A stretch of DNA of 64,000 bases from Fidelibacterota bacterium (GTDB lineage: Bacteria > Fidelibacterota > JAANXI01), in NCBI GenBank assembly GCA_021734025.1, contig JAIPJS010000017.1, positions 6,165 through 70,164 on the forward strand. The letters run 5' to 3'. The position numbers and the translations under genes were made by a program. Below are positions 56,818-64,000 of the stretch, one piece after another. The notes beneath the pieces are model-generated. The model had not been told where the DNA came from and did not search any database. It saw only the letters and a list, made by a program, of their open reading frames with translations. Position 1 is the stretch's first letter. Every line of letters starts with the position of its first letter.

Positions 56818-56925
56818 AACTATAACACCACAAAAAGGAAACACTATAACGCCCTCATCCGCCAGGGCTTCGGAGAGATGGTGTTGTTACTCGAACACTG
56901 GAACACCTGAACACTATACCACTTG
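56818..56925 (+). repeat. octamer NNRAACAC module upstream of the UDP-glucose dehydrogenase gene
   Basis: CTATAACAC .. GAAACAC TATAAC .. TCGAACAC TGGAACAC CTGAACAC TATACCAC. Confidence 0.5.
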
Positions 56926-57049
56926 AGGGATGGGTGGGGAGGCGAAAAATGCTTCAGCTGTTGACTTTCAACGCGGACTTTTCTACTATTTTCGCTCGTA
57001 AATATACATTAAATTCGAGGCGTTTGACCATTAACCACTGGAGTACCAC

Positions 57050-58375
57050 GTGAAGAAGATTGCGGTGATTGGTACAGGCTACGTTGGCCTGGTCAGCGGG
57101 ACGGGACTGGCAGATTTCGGCAACAAGGTAACCTGTCTCGATATTGACGAAGAGAAGATTGAGATCCTGCAGAGCGGGGAACTGCCGATCTGGGAACCCG
57201 GTCTCCTGGAACTGGTGCAGAAAAACGTCCGAAGCAACCGGTTGCATTTTTCTACGGATATTCCCAGTGAAATCCAGGAGGCGGAGGTGGTCTTTATCGC
57301 CGTCGGCACGCCTAGTGCGGATAACGGTGAGGCCGATCTGAGTGCTGTCTACGCGGTCGCCGAGACTATCGGTCAGAACCTGAACGGACATAAGTTTATC
57401 GTGACCAAGAGTACCGTGCCGGTGGGGACCGGGCGAAAAGTCCGGGAGATTATCGAGGAGCAGGCGCCGGCCGGGAGCAGCTTCGAGGTGATTAGCAATC
57501 CTGAATTTCTCAGAGAAGGTTCGGCCGTCTATGATTTTATGCATCCGGATCGGGTAGTCATTGGCACTGAGACGGAGGACGGTCACGAGGTAATGCAGGA
57601 TATTTATCGACCGCTCTATCTCATCGAGACGCCATTTGTGTTTACGAATGTGCCGACTGCCGAGCTGATTAAATACGCATCAAATGCGTTTCTGGCGACA
57701 AAAATTACCTTTATTAATGAAATCGCGAACATATGTGACGGCGTGGGGGCAGATGTCCACATGGTGGCCAAAACCATGGGGATGGATGGTCGGATCTCAC
57801 CCAAGTTTCTGCATCCCGGCCCGGGCTACGGCGGTTCCTGCTTTCCCAAAGATGTGAAAGCGCTCCATGCCATCGCCAAAGAGGCCGGATACGATGCGGA
57901 ACTGATTGAGGCCGTGACCCGTGTGAATCAGAATCAGAAAACACGGATGTTCACGAAACTGGAAAAGATGTTGCCGGACCTGGACGGGAAAACCGTTACT
58001 TTGCTGGGACTCGCGTTTAAGCAGAGGACGGACGATGTCCGTGAATCCCCGGCCCTGCCGATTATCGATCACCTGAAAGCGGCCGGAGCGACTATCAGAG
58101 CCTTCGATCCCGTAGCCATGGAATCCATGAGAAAACGACATGCTGACCTTGATTATTACGAGGATATTTATGAAAGCGTGAAAGGCTCCGACGCCGTAAT
58201 GATTCTCACGGAATGGAATGAATTCCGGGGACTGGATCTGGCGAGGATTAAATCGAATATGCGCCAGCCGAATATGGTGGATGCCCGGAATTTGTATGAT
58301 CCGGATACCGTGCGAAAAGCCGGATTCAAGTATGCGTGTGTCGGCCGGGAAACCTATAGCGAGCAATTATCATGA
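57050..58375 (+). CDS. UDP-glucose/GDP-mannose dehydrogenase family protein (UDP-glucose 6-dehydrogenase-like)
   Basis: N-terminal Rossmann motif KIAVIGTGYVGLVSG; catalytic-Cys region ..GPGYGGSCFPKD..; GTG start with GGAG RBS. Confidence 0.85.
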   Translation: MKKIAVIGTGYVGLVSGTGLADFGNKVTCLDIDEEKIEILQSGELPIWEPGLLELVQKNVRSNRLHFSTDIPSEIQEAEVVFIAVGTPSADNGEADLSAVYAVAETIGQNLNGHKFIVTKSTVPVGTGRKVREIIEEQAPAGSSFEVISNPEFLREGSAVYDFMHPDRVVIGTETEDGHEVMQDIYRPLYLIETPFVFTNVPTAELIKYASNAFLATKITFINEIANICDGVGADVHMVAKTMGMDGRISPKFLHPGPGYGGSCFPKDVKALHAIAKEAGYDAELIEAVTRVNQNQKTRMFTKLEKMLPDLDGKTVTLLGLAFKQRTDDVRESPALPIIDHLKAAGATIRAFDPVAMESMRKRHADLDYYEDIYESVKGSDAVMILTEWNEFRGLDLARIKSNMRQPNMVDARNLYDPDTVRKAGFKYACVGRETYSEQLS

Positions 58376-58830
58376 TTGAGGGCGTACAGACCAAACAGCT
58401 GAAGATCATCCCTGATGAGCGGGGCCGTCTTTTCGAGATCCTGCGGAATGACGACGAGATGTTCACCGAATTCGGGCAGGTCTATCTTACGACCAATTAT
58501 CCCGGCGTGGTGAAGGCGTGGCATTATCATAAGTCCCAGCGACACGATGCAGTCTGTTGCGTCTCCGGGATGATTAAGCTGGTGCTATACGACAACCGCG
58601 AAGAGAGTCCGACATATGGCGAGGTGAATGAGTTTTTTATCGGGGAACATAATATGATGATTGTGAGTATTCCCCAGTATGTGTGCCACGGATGGAAGGG
58701 GATCTCTGAACAGGAATCGATGGTTTTGAGCGTGGTAAGTGAACCGTATAATCACGAGGATCCGGACGAGTACCGCCTGCCGTACGATACTGACGAAATT
58801 CCGTACGACTGGGAGCGGAAAAATCGATGA
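58372..58830 (+). CDS. RmlC-like cupin sugar epimerase/isomerase (dTDP-4-dehydrorhamnose 3,5-epimerase family, short form)
   Basis: 152 aa cupin-like with ..IPDERGRLFEIL.. and ..AWHYHK.. segments; within a nucleotide-sugar gene cluster. Confidence 0.55.
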   Translation: MIEGVQTKQLKIIPDERGRLFEILRNDDEMFTEFGQVYLTTNYPGVVKAWHYHKSQRHDAVCCVSGMIKLVLYDNREESPTYGEVNEFFIGEHNMMIVSIPQYVCHGWKGISEQESMVLSVVSEPYNHEDPDEYRLPYDTDEIPYDWERKNR

Positions 58831-59873
58831 AGATTACTGAACAGACATTTTTTGTGACAGGAGGCTGCGGATTTATCGGCAGCAATTATGTCCGGTTTCT
58901 GCATCAAAAATATCCCGATGTTACGATTGTAAACCTGGATAAACTGACCTATGCCGGCAATCCGGAAAATCTCAGCGATATCGAGGAATCGGAACGGTAC
59001 CACTTTGTAAAGGGCGATATCTGCAATAAAGAATTGGTCGATGAACTGTTTGAGGAGTATCAACCAGACGTCCTGGTGAATTTCGCCGCGGAGAGCCATG
59101 TGGACCGCTCTATCGGCGCGCCGGATGATTTTATCGATACGGATGTCTACGGAGCATACAGGCTCCTGGAGGCCTCCAAATCCCATGGGATAGCAAAATT
59201 CATCCAGATTTCCACCGATGAGGTCTACGGCAGCATCGAGGACGGCGAGTTCAGCGAGACCGATCCGCTGATGCCGCGGAATCCGTATTCGGCGAGTAAA
59301 GCCGGCGCCGACCGCCTGGCGTATTCGTATTCCCAGACATACGATCTTCCGGTGATTGTGACCAGGGCATCGAATAATTTCGGCCCCTATCAGTACCCGG
59401 AAAAGCTGATTCCGCTGTTCGTAACCAACGCCATCGACGGCGAACAGCTTCCGCTTTACGGCGACGGGAAGAACGTTCGCGACTGGCTATACGTGGAAGA
59501 TCACTGTGACGCCATCTGCTTTATCATCGAAAACGGTGAAGACGGGGAGACCTACAATATTGGCGGCGGCAACGAAAAGCAGAATATCCAGATTACGAAA
59601 GCGATTCTCAATGCGCTCGGCAAGGATGAGTCGCTCATCAAATATGTCCGGGATCGCCAGGGACATGACCGGCGATATGCGCTGGATACGGAGAAACTTG
59701 GATCGCTGGGATGGCAGCCCCGTTTCCGAGGCGATGACGGGTTTCGCGACGCAATGCAACTGACCGTCGATTGGTACCGCGACAACGAAAATTGGTGGCG
59801 CCCCCTGAAAAGCGGGGAGTTTCTGGAATATTATAAATCGCACTATAACATGGAATTATCAGAGCAGGGATGA
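58827..59873 (+). CDS. rfbB: dTDP-glucose 4,6-dehydratase
   Basis: SDR extended family: TGGCGFIGSNYV Rossmann motif, YSASKAGAD catalytic YxxxK. Confidence 0.85.
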   Translation: MKITEQTFFVTGGCGFIGSNYVRFLHQKYPDVTIVNLDKLTYAGNPENLSDIEESERYHFVKGDICNKELVDELFEEYQPDVLVNFAAESHVDRSIGAPDDFIDTDVYGAYRLLEASKSHGIAKFIQISTDEVYGSIEDGEFSETDPLMPRNPYSASKAGADRLAYSYSQTYDLPVIVTRASNNFGPYQYPEKLIPLFVTNAIDGEQLPLYGDGKNVRDWLYVEDHCDAICFIIENGEDGETYNIGGGNEKQNIQITKAILNALGKDESLIKYVRDRQGHDRRYALDTEKLGSLGWQPRFRGDDGFRDAMQLTVDWYRDNENWWRPLKSGEFLEYYKSHYNMELSEQG

Positions 59874-61201
59874 GTGGAAGTATGACCTTTGAAGAGCGAA
59901 TTCAAAATCATGATATCACCCTGGGCGTGGTTGGCCTGGGATATGTTGGCCTGCCGCTGGCAGTGGATTTTGCCTCGGCCGGGTTTAAGGTGATCGGTAT
60001 TGATATCGATGACTCCAAAATTGAAAAAATCAACGCCGGAGAAAACTACATCCAGGATGTGTCCGATTCGGAACTACGGGGCCACGTGGAGACCGGGAAA
60101 CTCTCCGCTACCACTGACTTTAGCGTTATTGATGAACTTGATGCGATTTCTATCTGTGTACCCACCCCGCTGAATAAGCTGAAAGATCCGGACGTGTCGT
60201 TCATCCTGAACGCGCTGGATGAGATCAACGAACATATGCACAAGGATCTTATCATTGTCCTGGAGAGCACAACGTACCCGGGCACAACCCGGGAACTGGT
60301 GCTCCCGAAACTGTCTGAAAGCGGCCTGGAGGTCGGGAAGGATTTCTTCCTGGTGTTCAGTCCCGAACGCGTCGATCCGGGGAACGAGACGTATCATACC
60401 AAAAATACGCCGAAGGTCCTGGGCGGCATCACCGATGAGTGCACCCGTCTGGGGAAGATTCTCTACGAAGAGGTGATAGAGACCATCGTTCCGGTCTCCT
60501 CCACCGAGGCGGCGGAGCTCGTTAAACTGTTGGAAAATACCTTTCGGTCCATTAACATCGGACTTGTGAACGAAATGGCCATCATGGCGGAAAAACTGGG
60601 TGTGGATATCTGGGAGGTCATCGATGCTGCGGACACCAAGCCGTTCGGGTTTATGAAGTTCTATCCCGGTCCTGGCCTTGGCGGTCACTGCATTCCTATC
60701 GATCCCCATTATCTGGCCTGGAAGATGAAGACTTTGGATTACAAGGCGCGCTTCATCGAACTGGCCGGGGAAATTAATACGGAGATGCCGTATCACGTGG
60801 TACAACTGGTGATGGACGGGTTGAATCGATATAAAAAGAGCGTGAACGGAGCAAAAATCCTGGTGATGGGAGTCGCCTATAAAAAGAATATCGACGACGT
60901 CCGGGAATCCCCTGCGCTGGATATCATCCGTCTCCTCCAGGAGAAAGGCGCGGAAGTGGACTACTACGATCCCTTCATCGATAACATCAAGCTCGATGGC
61001 ACGAATATGGAGTCCATCCGGTATTCTACTGATATTTTAGGGAACTACGACTGTAACGTTATTGCCACAGATCATTCAACGTTTGACTATAATGAAATTG
61101 TGGAGAAAAGTAGCCTGGTGATTGATACGCGGAATGCGGCCAAAGTGCATGATAGCGTTCAAAAGGACAAAATTATTAAATTGGGTGGGAATAACAGTTG
61201 A
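59870..61201 (+). CDS. nucleotide-sugar dehydrogenase (UDP-N-acetyl-D-hexosamine dehydrogenase-like)
   Basis: Rossmann motif LGVVGLGYVGLPLA; catalytic-Cys region ..GPGLGGHCIPID.. Confidence 0.8.
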   Translation: MSGSMTFEERIQNHDITLGVVGLGYVGLPLAVDFASAGFKVIGIDIDDSKIEKINAGENYIQDVSDSELRGHVETGKLSATTDFSVIDELDAISICVPTPLNKLKDPDVSFILNALDEINEHMHKDLIIVLESTTYPGTTRELVLPKLSESGLEVGKDFFLVFSPERVDPGNETYHTKNTPKVLGGITDECTRLGKILYEEVIETIVPVSSTEAAELVKLLENTFRSINIGLVNEMAIMAEKLGVDIWEVIDAADTKPFGFMKFYPGPGLGGHCIPIDPHYLAWKMKTLDYKARFIELAGEINTEMPYHVVQLVMDGLNRYKKSVNGAKILVMGVAYKKNIDDVRESPALDIIRLLQEKGAEVDYYDPFIDNIKLDGTNMESIRYSTDILGNYDCNVIATDHSTFDYNEIVEKSSLVIDTRNAAKVHDSVQKDKIIKLGGNNS

Positions 61202-62202
61202 TACGGAAATTAATTTTTGTAGGTCTTGTCTGCTTCCTTTCATTACTAATGCAAACTTTCACTTATGGGCAGGGATTGAGTGGGCAACAATCCCGTGATC
61301 GTTCCCTTGAACTCCGTCAGACACTCCAGGATCGCGTTCAGCAGCAACAAAAACGACAACAGATTACCCAGGAGACTCTCGCACAAATCGCATATGATGA
61401 ACCGATTGACCCCAACGAGTATATTGTGGGGCCGGGTGACAGGTTTGCACTTTATATTGAATCAATCGAAGCGCAATATCTTGAGTTGATGGTCAGCCCC
61501 ACTGGTACCTTTCTTATCCCGAGTGTCGGAGATATCAATGTGCTCGGTTTGACCCTCAAAGAGATGAAGGAAAACGTAAGGGAGAAGATAAAAGAGGTTT
61601 ACGCCAATTCGCAATCAGGTATTGTATTGACAATGCCTCGTATTATTTCGGTTTATTTGGTGGGAGCGGTTCAAAATCCCGGGAGTTATGATATATTTTA
61701 TACTAGCCGGGTGAGCGATCTCTTCGAGCACTCCCAGACTTCTTCGTTGTTTAAGAAGCCGAAGAGATTGCAGATTATAAGAGACGGTGATACGCTTTCC
61801 TTGGATTATACTCAATACCTTTATGAGGGGAAAATCTCTGAGAATCCGAAGCTCCTATCAGGTGATATCGTTTTTATTGGTGAAGCGAATTTAGGCATTA
61901 CGGTGACCGGCTTCGTCGCTTCGCCTGGGATTTATCCGTATATCCCCGGGTTTAGCTATGTGGATTATGTCGGCATGGCCGGCGGTGAATTACCGGAAGG
62001 CGATGCGCAACGCTATGTGCTGTCCGATCGGCAAAACAGGGTGAAATCGAAAGAAAATGCCGTTATTAAACCTGGGGATCACATTTTTGTCCCCCGCTCT
62101 CAAACGTACGTATGGCTGGGAGATACTTCAGTTTTAGAGGTTGTGACAAGTTTGAGTTCATTGGTACTGGCGTTTATTGCGGCGGTAAGTCGGTTACGAT
62201 AG
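61198..62202 (+). CDS. polysaccharide export protein (Wza-like, outer-membrane auxiliary)
   Basis: Signal peptide; Poly_export-like motif ..YIVGPGDRFALYI.. and SLBB-like repeats; TTG start overlapping upstream stop. Confidence 0.75.
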   Translation: MIRKLIFVGLVCFLSLLMQTFTYGQGLSGQQSRDRSLELRQTLQDRVQQQQKRQQITQETLAQIAYDEPIDPNEYIVGPGDRFALYIESIEAQYLELMVSPTGTFLIPSVGDINVLGLTLKEMKENVREKIKEVYANSQSGIVLTMPRIISVYLVGAVQNPGSYDIFYTSRVSDLFEHSQTSSLFKKPKRLQIIRDGDTLSLDYTQYLYEGKISENPKLLSGDIVFIGEANLGITVTGFVASPGIYPYIPGFSYVDYVGMAGGELPEGDAQRYVLSDRQNRVKSKENAVIKPGDHIFVPRSQTYVWLGDTSVLEVVTSLSSLVLAFIAAVSRLR

Positions 62203-62280
62203 CTTACAACTTAGCATATTGAGCCGGGGCACCTCACATCTATACCGAAATTATAATGAATTACAAATAAGGTAGTTTTA

Positions 62281-63528
62281 ATGAGTAAAAACAAGACGGA
62301 TTTTACCTTCATCGATTACCTGTATATGCTTGTAAAGCATCGATGGTTGATAATTATTAACGGATTAATCTTCTGCCTGATTGCGGCAGTATATAGTTTA
62401 CTTATGCCGAAAACCTATACCGCTCATGTGACCATTATGCCCCCGGAATCGCAAGGGGCATCCAGTATATTTTCAAGCATGGCTTCCGCTACATCAAATC
62501 TACCAATACCCGGAGGGCTTGGTTCGTTGATCGGCGGCTCATCCGGAGAGGTGACTTCTTATTTAACTTTATTGAAAAGCAGGAACATGGCGGTCAGAAC
62601 TATTGAGCGCTTTAATTTACTCGAGCGCTACAATTCAAAAAATATAGATGAGGCGTTGGTTTCTTTTTATAACAATGTAGATATTGAACTGACCGAAGAG
62701 GGGGCCGTCCGAATTGATACATATGCTTCGACGGAATTCCTCCATCCGGATTCCAGTGAAATCGAGTCTCGTCAACTTGCTGCTGAAATGGCGAATTATA
62801 TGGCGGCGGAACTGGATCGTATTAATACAAAGCTTCGCACAAAACAGGCACGTCTCACCCGAGAATTTATCGGAAAACGGTATGAGCAGAATAAAGAAGA
62901 TCTCCGACAGATTGAGGAGGAGATGCAGGCGTTTGAAGAAAAGCATGGTGTTATCTCAATTGAAGACCAGGTGAGTGCGGCAATACAGTCCGCGGCAGAA
63001 CTTAAGACTGAGATCATATTAAATGAGATCCAGTTGAAGGCAATGAAAAGTACACTGAATCCGGAAAGCCCAAGCGTAGTGCAACAAGAGGTGAGGCTTA
63101 AGGCGTTACGGAACAGTATGCAGGAGTTAAAAACCGGGCAAAATGGTGAAGCCGGGATGCAGATTTTTCCCCCATTTGACCAGGCGCCCGAACTCGGAAT
63201 TCGTTTTTTACGGATCAAACGAGAGATGGAAGTTCAAAATTTAATCTATGAATTCCTGACCCAACAATTTGAGCAGGCCAAATTGCAGGAAGCACGGGAT
63301 ACCCCGACGGTTCAGGTAGTTGATGAAGCCGTCGCTCCTATTTTACGGGAAAAACCAAAACGGAAATTATTAGTACTATTCATTGGATTTATCTCGGTGA
63401 TTATTAGTGCTGCATACATTTTTACCGTTGAATATTTGGAGGTTTTACGTGAAGAGAATCCGGAACGGTATGAACGGGTCGTCTATGTTTTAAGAGGGGT
63501 GAATATATTTAAACCACTGAACAATTAA
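62281..63528 (+). CDS. polysaccharide chain-length determinant protein (Wzz/PCP family, no kinase domain)
   Basis: N-terminal TM helix, long coiled-coil periplasmic region, C-terminal TM helix. Confidence 0.7.
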   Translation: MSKNKTDFTFIDYLYMLVKHRWLIIINGLIFCLIAAVYSLLMPKTYTAHVTIMPPESQGASSIFSSMASATSNLPIPGGLGSLIGGSSGEVTSYLTLLKSRNMAVRTIERFNLLERYNSKNIDEALVSFYNNVDIELTEEGAVRIDTYASTEFLHPDSSEIESRQLAAEMANYMAAELDRINTKLRTKQARLTREFIGKRYEQNKEDLRQIEEEMQAFEEKHGVISIEDQVSAAIQSAAELKTEIILNEIQLKAMKSTLNPESPSVVQQEVRLKALRNSMQELKTGQNGEAGMQIFPPFDQAPELGIRFLRIKREMEVQNLIYEFLTQQFEQAKLQEARDTPTVQVVDEAVAPILREKPKRKLLVLFIGFISVIISAAYIFTVEYLEVLREENPERYERVVYVLRGVNIFKPLNN

Positions 63529-63548
63529 TAAAGCACCGGCGATCTTGA

Positions 63549-64000
63549 ATGAAAAAATTACTCCATCTTGATTATCAACATTCATGGCCGGTGTTATCTC
63601 TCCTCGTCCTCTTTCAGATTTTTTTAACATATATTGTCCTTACTACTTCCATTCCGGTTGCTGCTATTTTTATCCTTGGATTTGTTATTGTATTTCCCGC
63701 CGTAATCTATTCACCGCAGATCATTTTTTTTTCTCTGCTTTTTTATATTTCATTGTTACCCAATCAGAGCTGGGGAGAACAGTATGACTTGTTTCCGATC
63801 TATGTCAATAGGTTCTTTGTGCTCGCTCTGTTATTCCTGGCATTTGCGATATTCGTAATCCGCAACAGGTTTGAAAATCGCTGGAAGATTCGTATTACGC
63901 CCCTGGATGTACTTGTTGGAATGTTCTTACTCTATTCCTTGGTCAATTTACTATGGGGATTATACAATAACGCCAATAGCTACATAGCCTATACTGAATT
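63549..64000 (+). CDS. polytopic membrane protein, 3' end outside window (possibly Wzy-like polymerase / O-antigen ligase family)
   Basis: My own translation from ATG 63549 is open to the window end (MKKLLHLDYQHSWPVLSLLVLFQIFLTYIVL..) and strongly hydrophobic; missing from the supplied track because it has no stop. Confidence 0.4.
   Translation, partial: MKKLLHLDYQHSWPVLSLLVLFQIFLTYIVLTTSIPVAAIFILGFVIVFPAVIYSPQIIFFSLLFYISLLPNQSWGEQYDLFPIYVNRFFVLALLFLAFAIFVIRNRFENRWKIRITPLDVLVGMFLLYSLVNLLWGLYNNANSYIAYTE

Noticed and set aside
60074-60805. 243-aa minus-strand ORF
   Set aside because: Antisense to the nucleotide-sugar dehydrogenase gene
1-64000. tRNA or rRNA genes
   Set aside because: No T-loop GGTTCGAATCC-type sequences or rRNA-like conserved blocks seen in any intergenic region; only a covariance-model scan could fully exclude them

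Overview
Bacterial chromosomal segment, almost entirely coding on the + strand (only three convincing minus-strand genes: thioredoxin, a LitR/CarH-like regulator, an M3 peptidase). All calls rest on reading the supplied ORF translations and the raw sequence by eye; no database search or computation was run. Gene content in order: tail of a TonB-dependent receptor with exbB-exbD-tonB; an M1 (LTA4H-like) aminopeptidase; murB; a frameshifted TPR lipoprotein; an ECF sigma / zinc anti-sigma / lipoprotein module; HAD hydrolase; MscS channel; thioredoxin; a stress/detox cluster (EEP, VOC, AlkD-like, CPBP, DUF1295); a TetR regulon with palindromic operators; a light-responsive island (B12-type MerR-family regulator, carotenoid biosynthesis and tailoring operon, TonB-dependent receptor, CruF-like protein, SRPBCC protein, class II CPD photolyase); a divergent M3 peptidase / YfcC transporter pair; a housekeeping block (scpA, scpB, rluB-like, cmk, rpsA, tsaD); and a polysaccharide biosynthesis/export locus running off the window end. 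No rRNA, tRNA, CRISPR array, transposase or integrase was recognised. The most unusual signal is non-coding: intergenic regions are built from recurring modules (G-tract GGGTATA repeats immediately after stop codons, TAAGAT/TAGGAT hexamer repeats, NNRAACAC octamer repeats just upstream of starts), and the light island is bracketed by mosaic palindromic/MITE-like elements, one of which shows compensatory stem substitutions between its two copies. Several promoter-like sites match a canonical TTGACA-N17-TAnnnT pattern. Taxonomic placement (a pigmented Gram-negative, possibly Bacteroidota/Rhodothermota-like) is only an inference.
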